Below are positions 8,768 through 17,512 of a DNA stretch of 31,257 bases, piece by piece. A model generated the notes under the pieces. The model did not search any database and was not told where the DNA came from. It was given only the letters and a program-made list of their open reading frames with translations. The stretch's first letter is position 1. Every line of letters starts with the position of its first letter. The DNA comes from an uncultured Deinococcales bacterium. Its GTDB lineage: Bacteria > Deinococcota > Deinococci > Deinococcales > JAAFIG01. The stretch covers positions 1-31,257 of the forward strand of contig CAXTKV010000040.1 of assembly GCA_964244895.1 (NCBI GenBank), given 5' to 3'. A program made the translations under genes and the position numbers.

Positions 8768-10873
8768 TCACGGAGCGCCCGACTCACCGACGCGCCGAAT
8801 TCGCAATACCGCGCTTCCAAAATCCGAGAGCGCCACCTCGAGCCCGACGTGCATCCAGGCCGCGCCGGAGCGCGCACCGACGACACCGTCGACCGTGTAC
8901 AACGCATCCGTCTCGAGCCCGCGCAATTTCAGGGGCGCCAGCAACTCTGGGTCGGGGATGTGCGTGCGGAACGCGAACACGACGCCCTCGGATTTGTCTT
9001 TGCTAACGTACATCAACCCCGAAAAGGCTGACTCGAACACGGAACGCAGCCGGTACTGGTCTCCGGACTGCACCACGGGTCGGATCGATTTGTAGAGCGC
9101 GATCAATCGTTTGGCCTCGAGCCGTTCAGATTCCGACCAGTGCAGCAAATTCGCGCCCACGCCCAGCACGCCCGCCATCGAGACGTGAAAGCGGAACTCG
9201 AGCGGCAGGTGCTTCGGACCCATGTCCGTGACCCAGGCCTCCATCGTGCTGGCTGGAAAGAGTTGGGAAAACCCCTCCTGGATGCGCAAGCGCATGGTCG
9301 GTTCCGTCATGTCGCTCGCCCAGATCTGATCGGCGAATCGCAAAATGCCCAGGTCTGCCCGACCGCCGCCGCCGGAGCAACTCTGCCAGGTGACGTTCGG
9401 GTGCCGCTCGCGCAGCGCGCCCCAGACGCGGTACAGACCCTCGACGTAGCGCACCCAGAGGGATTTGGGTTCGCTGTTTTCCATCCAGCCGGGCTCAGAG
9501 ACGTTGCGGTTCATGTCCCATTTGATAAAACGAATGTTGTTGCGTGCCAGCAGGTTGTCAATCGAGCCGATCAGGTACTCCTGCACGTCCTTGCGCGCCA
9601 GGTTCAGGATCAGTTGGTTGCGAGATTCCGTGCGCGAGCGCGTCGGGAAGTGAATCACCCAATCCGGGTGCGCGCGGTACAGGTCGGAATCCGGGTTGAC
9701 CATCTCCGGCTCGAGCCACAGCCCGAAATCCATGCCGAGCCCGTTGACGTGTGCGATGAGCGCCCCCAGACCGTTCGGGAATTTGTGCTCGTCCGGCCAC
9801 CAATCGCCCAAGCCCGCGTCGTCGCTCTTGCGCCCGTGAAACCAGCCGTCGTCCAGCACGAACAGTTCCACGCCCATCCCGGCAGCAATTTCTGCGAGTT
9901 CTTTCTGAGATGATTCGTTGACATCGAAGATCGTGGCTTCCCACGAGTTGTACAGAACCTTGTGCGGGGCGTTCCCGTGCGGCAGGATCGTCTGGCGCAC
10001 GAAATCGTGCATGGTGCGGCTGGCTTTGCCGAAACCCGCGCTCGAGAACCCTGCGATGCTGGCTGGGCTCGTGAACTGCGTTCCCGGCTCGAGCCTGATG
10101 GCGGAATCCCAATCGTTCAACCCGATGTTGAGGCGCGTGCTGCCGAAGACCGTGACCTCCGCCGTGAGCTTCCAGTTGCCGCTCCAACTCAATGCCCCGA
10201 ACCAGACTTCACCCGCGTCCTCGCTGGCCTGCGATCCGGGCGCTGCGCGATCCACCGCGAACCACGGGTTGTGCTGGTGGCTGGTCGTCAAGCGCCGGGA
10301 TTCCACCACCTTCAAACCTGAAGTCAAGGGATCGCGGTGAATCTGCGTCTCCTTGAACCACGCGCCCGCCAGGTGCGTCAGACGGTACGCCTGGTGCAGC
10401 GGCAAGTGCCACTGGGCTGAAAACACCCGCTCGAGCGTGACGGGCGCATCGCCGTCGTTGTGAACCGTGACGAAGCGTTCCAGCAGATCGTAAGCCTCGT
10501 GGACGCGGTAGTGCAGCGTCACTCGAACCGGGTAGTGCGCGTCGCGCAGCTGAATCCGCAACTCGTTCTCGATCGATTCAGCCGACTCGAACTCGAGCAC
10601 CACGTCCCGAACGCCGTCCGGGAAGGTGATTTTCAGGCACGGATCGATGTATTTGGTGCCCGCGTAGCCGGGGTATTCCTCCGGCACGATCTCGCCGGGA
10701 CCGTTGAACGACGCCCAACCGATCGAGTCCATCGCGGGCGGGTAATCATCTGGCCGGGGAAGCTTTGCCCCCCAGTACCGGTGCGTCAGCACACCGCCGG
10801 CGTTCAGCCCGAGGGCGTAAGCGGTCTCGCGGGTCTCGAGAACCCAACCTGAAGATGTGGAGTGAATCGGCAT
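8768..10873 (-). CDS. GH36 alpha-galactosidase
   Basis: LYNSWEA, FVLDDGWF, FGLWLEPEMV, KWDMNR, CSGGGGR, WASD motifs; start set to ATG 10873 (MPIH) downstream of GGAGG. Confidence 0.93.
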   Translation of the reverse strand: MPIHSTSSGWVLETRETAYALGLNAGGVLTHRYWGAKLPRPDDYPPAMDSIGWASFNGPGEIVPEEYPGYAGTKYIDPCLKITFPDGVRDVVLEFESAESIENELRIQLRDAHYPVRVTLHYRVHEAYDLLERFVTVHNDGDAPVTLERVFSAQWHLPLHQAYRLTHLAGAWFKETQIHRDPLTSGLKVVESRRLTTSHQHNPWFAVDRAAPGSQASEDAGEVWFGALSWSGNWKLTAEVTVFGSTRLNIGLNDWDSAIRLEPGTQFTSPASIAGFSSAGFGKASRTMHDFVRQTILPHGNAPHKVLYNSWEATIFDVNESSQKELAEIAAGMGVELFVLDDGWFHGRKSDDAGLGDWWPDEHKFPNGLGALIAHVNGLGMDFGLWLEPEMVNPDSDLYRAHPDWVIHFPTRSRTESRNQLILNLARKDVQEYLIGSIDNLLARNNIRFIKWDMNRNVSEPGWMENSEPKSLWVRYVEGLYRVWGALRERHPNVTWQSCSGGGGRADLGILRFADQIWASDMTEPTMRLRIQEGFSQLFPASTMEAWVTDMGPKHLPLEFRFHVSMAGVLGVGANLLHWSESERLEAKRLIALYKSIRPVVQSGDQYRLRSVFESAFSGLMYVSKDKSEGVVFAFRTHIPDPELLAPLKLRGLETDALYTVDGVVGARSGAAWMHVGLEVALSDFGSAVLRIRRVGESGAP

Positions 10874-10961
10874 GGTGATCTCGGTGCCTCCGGTGTCATC
10901 GTAACGGTTCAAAATAGGTCTGGAGTCCCGAGAGATCGCGCGAACGAAAAATCTTTGCCTC

Positions 10962-11020
10962 GAGAACACCGTCCTGCAGGTCAAATCTTGATTTCAGAAT
11001 ATACCGTCTGGGACGGTCTC
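10962..11020. repeat. REP-like repeat (two copies)
   Basis: GAACACCGTCCTG... and ACCGTCTGGGACGGT at 11003-11017. Confidence 0.75.
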
Positions 11021-11082
11021 TAGGTTTGAACTTCCTCAGCTATTGCACTGTTGGAGCCCTCGCCTGGAACTCGAAATCATCG

Positions 11083-12465
11083 CTACGCTCGGATGCCGAT
11101 TGAAGAATCCGAGCGGCTCGCGAATTCTGGCAGCCATTGGGCTTCAGCCTGGATCATCTCGTCGACCATGGCGTGGATGTCGGTCAGGGTCAACAAGCTT
11201 GCGGTCAATGGATCGAGCATCACGGCGTGATAGACGTGTTCTAGATTCCCGGTCAGGGCGGCCTGAACGGCCAGTTCCTGAACGTTGATGTTGGTGCGGT
11301 TGATGGCGGCGCACTGCGGGGGCAACGAGCCCACCACGGTCGGCTGAAGGCCGTTCGCATCCACCAGACACGGGACTTCCACGCAGCATCCGTCCGGTAA
11401 ATTCTTGATCAGACCATCGTTCGGGACATTGCCGTAAATCACGCGCGGCTGTCCGGTTTCCACGCTGTGAATAATCTGTGCGCCGTACTCGAGCGATGGC
11501 TCGAGGCGTGTTTTCAAACGCGCCAGCAGTTCATCCAGGCTGGTTTCGTCGTGGGCGGAGCAGACCTCGAAGTAATCCCAGCGCTCCGGGATCAAGGCTT
11601 CGATCAGTTGCGGATTCTTGCGGAAGTACGGCGTGTACTCCGAGGCGTGATGGCTGGATTCCGTATTGAAGTATCCGAAAGCCGCCATCAGTTCCGCCCG
11701 GACGCGCTCCTGCGCGCCCTCGTAGACGGAAGCTTTGCGATCCGCACCGCTGTGATCGCCGCGATCAGCCTCGAGTCGCCTCTCGCCCTGTGCACCCATG
11801 AATCGCTGCGTCACGACCTCGCGCATGCGCGGCAGCAAATCGGTTTTCCCGTGCCAAAATTCCAGAAACCACGATTGATGGTTGATGCCCGCCGACAGGT
11901 AACGCACTTCGCCGTAAGGCACCTGGAGTTGCTCGGCCAGCATCCGCGACGTGCCCTGCACGCTGTGGCACAACCCGACCGTCCTGATGCCCAGGCTCGA
12001 GAGGTACCAGCAGGCCATCGCCATCGGGTTGGCGTAATTGATCAGAAGCGCCCCTGGGCAGACTTCGAGCATGTCCGCCGCGATCTCGCGGTAGGCGGGG
12101 GCGGAGCGCAGAAAACGGAATACGCCTCCCGGCCCGAGCGTGTCACCGACCGTCTGGTCGAGGCCGTAGCTGCGCGGAATCTCGACATCGTGGCGGTACG
12201 CCTCGAGCCCGCCGACCTGGAAGGTCACGATCACGTAGTCGGCGCGCACCAGGGCTGCACGCCTTTCGGCGGTGGTTTCGATCCGCGTCGGCAGTCCGTG
12301 GTGCGCCACCAGTTCGCGGGCTGCCCTGGCCGTGCGATCCAGCGTGAATGGGTCGATGTCCATCAGCGAAAGCGTGGCATCCTGAAGTTCCGAAAAACTC
12401 AGGATGTCACCGATCAGGCGCAGAGGAAAGACGAATCCTCCAGCTCCGATGATGGCAATTTTCAC
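11083..12465 (-). CDS. Second family 4 glycoside hydrolase (alpha-galactosidase/alpha-glucosidase-like)
   Basis: KIAIIGAGG, QTVGDTLGPGG, NYANPM, GLCHSVQG, AGINHQSW, TESSHHASEY, LDPLTA; GTG start at 12465 overlaps the upstream TGA. Confidence 0.9.
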   Translation of the reverse strand: MKIAIIGAGGFVFPLRLIGDILSFSELQDATLSLMDIDPFTLDRTARAARELVAHHGLPTRIETTAERRAALVRADYVIVTFQVGGLEAYRHDVEIPRSYGLDQTVGDTLGPGGVFRFLRSAPAYREIAADMLEVCPGALLINYANPMAMACWYLSSLGIRTVGLCHSVQGTSRMLAEQLQVPYGEVRYLSAGINHQSWFLEFWHGKTDLLPRMREVVTQRFMGAQGERRLEADRGDHSGADRKASVYEGAQERVRAELMAAFGYFNTESSHHASEYTPYFRKNPQLIEALIPERWDYFEVCSAHDETSLDELLARLKTRLEPSLEYGAQIIHSVETGQPRVIYGNVPNDGLIKNLPDGCCVEVPCLVDANGLQPTVVGSLPPQCAAINRTNINVQELAVQAALTGNLEHVYHAVMLDPLTASLLTLTDIHAMVDEMIQAEAQWLPEFASRSDSSIGIRA

Positions 12466-13226
12466 GTCCGCGATCCTTTCGCGTTCTGCGCCCGGATCAG
12501 ACGCGGCAGGGATTCTCGAGCGGCCAGCAGCAACAAGCTCATCTCGCCGAGGTTCCAGTAGAAGTGAATTGCCACGCGCGGCAAGCTGGTCAAGCCCGGA
12601 ATGCCGCGACAGATCAGCAGGTTGTTGGCCAGCCAACCGTCGCGCCCCAGGATGCCCGGTAGCACCTGAGCCGCGCCGAACTGCGGCAGGCCGAGCGCAC
12701 CGAGTTCGGCGGCGACGTGCAGGTAATGGATCAGCATGTAGGTGTGCTCCAAGCTGTGCAGCGTCACCCAGGCCAGCAGCGGATAACCCCACAGGCCCGT
12801 CATGCCGTTGCGCACCAGGTAAACGATGCAGCTCCAGGCCAGCCAGTTCCAGATGAAGTGCACCCATTCGACGTTCAGGCTCGAGATCAATCCCTGCGAT
12901 TCGATGCCGGGACGGTTGAAGACGTAAAACTGCATCAGTTGCACGACGTGCTCAACCGTGTGAAAACCCTGCAGCGCCAGCAGCACGCTCAGCACACAGG
13001 CCGCCGCGCCCCAGGCGATCAGGTCATCGCGCCACTTCAAGGAGGCCGGTACCGCAATCACGCCCAGAAAAATCAGCGTCCCGCCCCAGGTCGGCAGTCC
13101 AGCGCGCGTGACGGCCACACCGGCCAGCAGCAATCCAGCGCAGGCGGCTGCCGCGAACAACGCGGTTCGGCTGCGGAGCCGGAGCAAATCAAACAAGGAC
13201 GGTTTGCGCTCGAGTCGAAGGCTCAT
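12462..13226 (-). CDS. Uncharacterised integral membrane protein with duplicated HxxEH...HFxWN motifs (254 aa)
   Basis: ATG 13226 overlaps the upstream TGA (ATGA); several hydrophobic helices; motifs FHTVEH, VHFIWN, LHSLEH, IHFYWN. Confidence 0.8.
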   Translation of the reverse strand: MSLRLERKPSLFDLLRLRSRTALFAAAACAGLLLAGVAVTRAGLPTWGGTLIFLGVIAVPASLKWRDDLIAWGAAACVLSVLLALQGFHTVEHVVQLMQFYVFNRPGIESQGLISSLNVEWVHFIWNWLAWSCIVYLVRNGMTGLWGYPLLAWVTLHSLEHTYMLIHYLHVAAELGALGLPQFGAAQVLPGILGRDGWLANNLLICRGIPGLTSLPRVAIHFYWNLGEMSLLLLAARESLPRLIRAQNAKGSRT

Positions 13227-14917
13227 GGTTTGCGCCCGTCGCGCGTCAGCCTGAGAATCGTGTCGGTTCTGGGCTGAAGGAACTTGGTTTGGGCGCCGTC
13301 CGGCCAGGTCACCTCGAGCCAATCGAGCGTCGCGCTTTCGGGTGCGCCGAAGTGAACCCGTGGGTCTTCGCCGGAAAGGTAACCGCCCTGGCTGCGCACC
13401 TCGCGCTGCAACGTGCCCGCGTTTGAACCGATACTGGTGTGCAGCTTGATGGTCGAGCCGATCGCCCTGGTGTTGCGCGTGCCGGGCCACTCGAGTTCGA
13501 CCTCCAGGCTCCGCCCGCCGCAGACTCGGTTCTCGAAGACTTGCGCGGGGCTGTTGACGTTGTTGACCACGATGTCCAAACGCCCGTCGTTGTTCAAGTC
13601 CGCCATGCTCATGCCGCGCCCGCTCGAGATCGAATTGAGTTTCCAATCGGGTTCGGGTTGAAATCGCCCGAAGGAATTGCTGAAGACCTTGTTCGATTCG
13701 ACCAGTTCGTGATGCGGCAGATACTTCAAGTTTTCCTTGTCGATCATGCCGTTGACGACGTACAGATCCTCGAAGCCGTCGTTGTTCAGATCGCCGAATT
13801 TTGCCGACCAGCTCCAGCCGGTCGCGTCGATGCCCAGATCGTAGGCGACGTTCTGAAAGCCGCCATCTTTTGTGCGCCGTTGCAACACGTTCTCGGCGCG
13901 TTGAATGCTGGCATATTGAAGTTTCTCGTAGGTTTTTTCCATGAACGGCATCCACTTGGCCAGCACTTTGACATCGTCGAACTTCGGTTTCATGTCGGTC
14001 GCAAAAAGCTCTAAACTGCCGTCGTTGTCGGTATCGGCCACGGAGAATCCCATCGTGTTCTTGGTGATGCGTTTGAACGGACTGACTTTCTTCCAGCCGC
14101 CCGGTTTGTTCAGCCAAAAGAAGTCCGGCACGGTGAAATCGTTTCCCACGATCAGGTCGCGGCGACCGTCGCCGTCGATGTCGAACATCGCCATCGCCAG
14201 CGACTGCGAGCTGTTCCACAACCGCTCTTGCTTGTACGCGCCGTCGGTGGGTGTGTACACGACCACGCCGCCGCCGTTCGAGAACAGAAAGCTTTTGTTT
14301 TCTTCCTCGAGAATCGCGTCGTAAGAGGCCGTCACCAAGTCGAGATTGCCGGTTCCGCCCAGGTCATCCCAGAGCATCGTGAAGGCCGGAAACGAGGCGC
14401 TGGTCAGGGTGCGCGGCCTGAAATGCTGGTGATGGTCGTTGGTGAACACGCTGATTCCGCCCTCTGTGTTGGTGAACGCGATGTCGAGCCAGCCGTCGGC
14501 GTTCTCGTCCACCAGCGCCACGGCGCGCGTCTGCGTTTCTGGCAGACCGAACGCGTTCGTGAGCGTCTCGGCGCGGAACTTGAAATCGCCTTCGTTCCAC
14601 TGAATCGTGCTCGGCCCAGCCAGATTCCCGAGCACGACCTCCGGCAGACCGTCACCGTCGAGATCACCGACGGCCACGCCGGAACCGTTGCCGTCGTAGA
14701 CGCTGCCCTCACCGCCCCTCGGGATGGTCGTGTGCGTGAGCGCGTGCTCGAGGAAATTTCCCGTGCATGCAGCGCTCGGGCTGAAGGCAGTGGCCCTCAG
14801 GCTGGCCGAAACCTGGCGGGCGGGCGCTCGAGGCGAGCTGGACGATTCACCGCGCGCGACGCAGGCGGCCAGCAGAAGTAGGCTGGAGGACATCAATACG
14901 GACAGTGTGGTGTTCAT
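13223..14917 (-). CDS. CRTAC1-like lipoprotein with FG-GAP/VCBS repeats and ASPIC/UnbV C-terminal domain
   Basis: Lipobox-like LLAAC; repeats GDLDGDG, DENADGWLD, DIDGDGRRD, DTDNDGSLE, DLNNDGFED, DLNNDGRLD; C-terminal NTRAIG...GGYLSG..RVHFG...VTWPDG. Confidence 0.88.
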   Translation of the reverse strand: MNTTLSVLMSSSLLLLAACVARGESSSSPRAPARQVSASLRATAFSPSAACTGNFLEHALTHTTIPRGGEGSVYDGNGSGVAVGDLDGDGLPEVVLGNLAGPSTIQWNEGDFKFRAETLTNAFGLPETQTRAVALVDENADGWLDIAFTNTEGGISVFTNDHHQHFRPRTLTSASFPAFTMLWDDLGGTGNLDLVTASYDAILEEENKSFLFSNGGGVVVYTPTDGAYKQERLWNSSQSLAMAMFDIDGDGRRDLIVGNDFTVPDFFWLNKPGGWKKVSPFKRITKNTMGFSVADTDNDGSLELFATDMKPKFDDVKVLAKWMPFMEKTYEKLQYASIQRAENVLQRRTKDGGFQNVAYDLGIDATGWSWSAKFGDLNNDGFEDLYVVNGMIDKENLKYLPHHELVESNKVFSNSFGRFQPEPDWKLNSISSGRGMSMADLNNDGRLDIVVNNVNSPAQVFENRVCGGRSLEVELEWPGTRNTRAIGSTIKLHTSIGSNAGTLQREVRSQGGYLSGEDPRVHFGAPESATLDWLEVTWPDGAQTKFLQPRTDTILRLTRDGRKP

Positions 14918-14950
14918 CGCTTCGCCTCGGGCACGGGGCTGGGTTTCTGA

Positions 14951-14997
14951 GAAGACCGTCCAGGACGCAATCAAAATTCGCGCACCGGACGGTCTTC
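14951..14997. repeat. REP/MITE-like unit with 11-bp perfect terminal inverted repeats
   Basis: GAAGACCGTCC (14951-14961) ... GGACGGTCTTC (14987-14997), 8 nt after the binding-protein stop codon. Confidence 0.88.
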
Positions 14998-15005
14998 ACG
15001 AATGT

Positions 15006-16346
15006 TTACTTGAAGAGCGCGTTGACTTTCGTGTTCGCTTCTTTCAGCACGTCCTTGGCCTGAGCATCGCCGAGGAAGATCCGGTCGAGGGCTTTTTGCA
15101 TGATGTCGCCGATTTCACCCGCGTTATCGGTGATCGGAAAGAGGAAGGTCGTGTTCTTGGCGAGCGCTTCCTTGGTGAAGGCACTGACATCCAAGCCCTT
15201 GCTCTTGTAGCTGGCGAGCGCCTTGTTGACCGCGCTCGGGATGGCCGGGAAGACCACGCCGAAGCCGCCGACGACGTCCTGACAGGCGGCGGTGCCCATG
15301 TACTTCAGCCACTGCCAGGCTTCTTTTTGCTTTTTCGAGCCGACCCAGATCGAGTCCGCCAGACCGTTGAACATCGTCTTGCGACCCGCCGGGCCGACGG
15401 GCAATTGCGCGAAGCCGATGTCGGCTTTGGTGTTGCCCTTGTAGGTGGAGATCATCCACGAGCCGTCGAAGATCATGGCGACCTTACCCGCGAAGAACAG
15501 GTTGTTGGCGGCGCTGGCCTTGGTGTCCTTGTAGAGGGGAGCATAGCCCTTTTTCAAGCTGATGTCGGCCTGCCACTGCAAGGATTCCGCCAGCTTCGGG
15601 TCGTCGTAGTTGTACTTGGTTGCCCACGGGCCTTCGTTGAATTTGAAGCCGTTGGAAACCGCGAAGTGGCTCCATTCCGTCTGACCGTACGCGCCGCCGG
15701 AGCTGTTGCCGGGCAGGCTGGCCCAGCCGAAGGTCTTCACTTTCGTCTTGTCGAACTTCGGGCTGTCGCCACGGTTGCCGTTCTCGTCGACGGTCAGCTT
15801 GGCCATGATCTTCTCGAAGCTGCCGCCGTTCTTCGGGTTCCAGCTCATCGAGGCCAAGCTGGTTTCGCTGACGCCTGCTTCCTTGAGGAGCGCCTTGTTG
15901 TAGACGATGGCGACCGTGTCCCAGTCTTTAGGCAGACCGTACTGCTTGCCGTTCTTGCCCCAGAGTTTGAAAAGATCACCCGTGTAGATGTCCGTTGGTA
16001 CCTTGTCTTCCTTGATCAAGGGCGCAATATCCACGATCTGCTGGTTGTTGGCGAATTCCGGGTACTTGGCCAGGTGGTCGGTGAAGATGTCCGGCGCGGT
16101 GCCCGAGATAAAACCGGTGGTGATGCCCGTCCAGTAGTCGTCCCAGCCCTTCTGGATGACGTTGACCTTGATGCCTGGGTTGGCTTTGGAGAAGTTGTCC
16201 GCGCACTGTTTGTAGGCGGGTTCCTGGTTGGAATCCCACAGCCAGTAGTTGATTTCGACCGGGCTTTGCGCTTGCGTGGTCGTGACGAGCGCGATGCCGA
16301 TGGCGGCGAGCGCCGAGCCGAGGACGACGAGTTGCTTGGTTTTCAT
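15006..16346 (-). CDS. Sugar ABC transporter substrate-binding protein (probably alpha-galactoside, from context)
   Basis: Signal peptide; FSKANPGIKV, GTAPDIF, QYGLPKD, IVYNKALL, GKVAMIFDGSW motifs; GGAGG RBS. Confidence 0.93.
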   Translation of the reverse strand: MKTKQLVVLGSALAAIGIALVTTTQAQSPVEINYWLWDSNQEPAYKQCADNFSKANPGIKVNVIQKGWDDYWTGITTGFISGTAPDIFTDHLAKYPEFANNQQIVDIAPLIKEDKVPTDIYTGDLFKLWGKNGKQYGLPKDWDTVAIVYNKALLKEAGVSETSLASMSWNPKNGGSFEKIMAKLTVDENGNRGDSPKFDKTKVKTFGWASLPGNSSGGAYGQTEWSHFAVSNGFKFNEGPWATKYNYDDPKLAESLQWQADISLKKGYAPLYKDTKASAANNLFFAGKVAMIFDGSWMISTYKGNTKADIGFAQLPVGPAGRKTMFNGLADSIWVGSKKQKEAWQWLKYMGTAACQDVVGGFGVVFPAIPSAVNKALASYKSKGLDVSAFTKEALAKNTTFLFPITDNAGEIGDIMQKALDRIFLGDAQAKDVLKEANTKVNALFK

Positions 16347-16414
16347 TCCTGCCTCCGTTTGAGCGGTTCTCGCTCGAGCTTGCGGCTCTCGGGCGTTGTC
16401 GAAACAGTCCCTAT

Positions 16415-16447
16415 CGGTACGTTCTTGCTTTCCCTCCCCCTCCTTTC
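16415..16447 (-). promoter_or_regulatory. Orphan Shine-Dalgarno GAAAGGAGGG + CAAGAACGTACCG leader element upstream of the binding-protein gene
   Basis: GAAAGGAGGG at 16447-16438 without a nearby start codon; CAAGAACGTACCG at 16427-16415; mirrors 3660-3688. Confidence 0.5.
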
Positions 16448-16570
16448 ATCCGTGTTCGAGCTCGAGTGTCGGTGGTCGGACGTTTTGAGGCATGGATCGA
16501 GAACGCCGTGCTGGCGCGACCCGCGAGACTCAAGAGATGTGTGTGCTGGATGGCCTTGTGTCCGGGGTGT

Positions 16571-17494
16571 TTACTTGCCGCCGCTGAACTGCAGCGATTC
16601 GATCACCTGACGCCCGAGCACGATCAGCAGAATGAAGATCGGAACGATGCTGATGAAGGTTCCGGACATCAATGCCGTCCAGTCGGGTGGCCCCGACGGC
16701 TGGTTGGCCTTGAACTGCTGGAGCGCCACCGACAGCACGCGCAGGTTCGTGTCGGAAGCGGAATTGACGATGAACGGCCAGAAGAATTCGTTCCACATGT
16801 TGATCGAGGTCAGGATCCCGAGCGTGGCGATCGGGCCGCGCGCCAACGGCAGCACAATCCGCCAGAAGATGAAGGCCGGTGAGGCTCCGTCCAGCCGCGC
16901 CGCTTCCTCGAGTTCCAGGGGCACGCTCAGGAAAAACTGTCGCAAGAAGAACACCGCGAACGGCGTCATCAGCACGTACGGCGCGACCATGCCCTGAAAG
17001 GTGTTCAACCAGCCCAGGTTCTTGACCAGAATGAAATTCGGGATGAACAGCACGATCCCCGGAATCATCATGGCCGAGAGGATCATCACGAACAAGACGT
17101 TTCTACCGGGGAATTTCAATCGCGCGAAGGCGTAGGCGGCCATCGCGCTGAAGACGATCTGCCCGGACACGCAGACGATCACGAACAGCAAGGAATTCTT
17201 GATCGCCAATAAGAAGTTCGCGGTTTCCGCATTGACGCCTTCTGCCTGGGCGGCTTCCTGACTGACCAGGCCCATGACCCGCCCGAAGTTGAACAGCGTC
17301 GGGTTGGCGGGCAGCAGGTTGGCTGCCGTGGAGGCCAGATCCTTGTGGCCCGTCAGCGCGGTTTTCAGCACGTAATACACGGGGAATACAGACACGAAAA
17401 TGCACAGCGCCATCATCGTCCAGGCGGCAGCCCGACCCGGATTGAAGGCTTTGGTGGATCTCGTCCTCGAGACGGGAGCGGTGGCGGTCGTCAT
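16571..17494 (-). CDS. Carbohydrate ABC transporter permease (MalG-type)
   Basis: AAYAFARLKFPGR, LRQFFLSVPLELEEAARLDGA EAA loop, WNEFFWP. Confidence 0.94.
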   Translation of the reverse strand: MTTATAPVSRTRSTKAFNPGRAAAWTMMALCIFVSVFPVYYVLKTALTGHKDLASTAANLLPANPTLFNFGRVMGLVSQEAAQAEGVNAETANFLLAIKNSLLFVIVCVSGQIVFSAMAAYAFARLKFPGRNVLFVMILSAMMIPGIVLFIPNFILVKNLGWLNTFQGMVAPYVLMTPFAVFFLRQFFLSVPLELEEAARLDGASPAFIFWRIVLPLARGPIATLGILTSINMWNEFFWPFIVNSASDTNLRVLSVALQQFKANQPSGPPDWTALMSGTFISIVPIFILLIVLGRQVIESLQFSGGK

Positions 17495-17512
17495 GGCATT
17501 CTCCCTCTGGTC

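Noticed and set aside
11083..14219. Apparent long N-terminal extensions or fusions (594-aa and 585-aa ORFs)
   Set aside because: The extensions overlap upstream genes in other frames; real starts fall at the GTGA (12465) and ATGA (13226) overlaps
13223..14917. Enediyne biosynthetic cluster suggested by the UnbV-like protein
   Set aside because: No polyketide synthase, thioesterase or other enediyne cassette genes in the window; the context is sugar catabolism
14833..16372. CTCGAG-free stretch over the second binding-protein gene
   Set aside because: With a mean spacing near 280 bp and about 110 intervals, one gap of about 1.5 kb is not unexpected by chance
14724..16610. 628-aa plus-strand ORF and other long antisense ORFs (e.g. 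7212-8660, 6218-7312, 25025-26233)
   Set aside because: They lie opposite well-supported genes and have no motifs; such shadows are expected in GC-rich coding DNA
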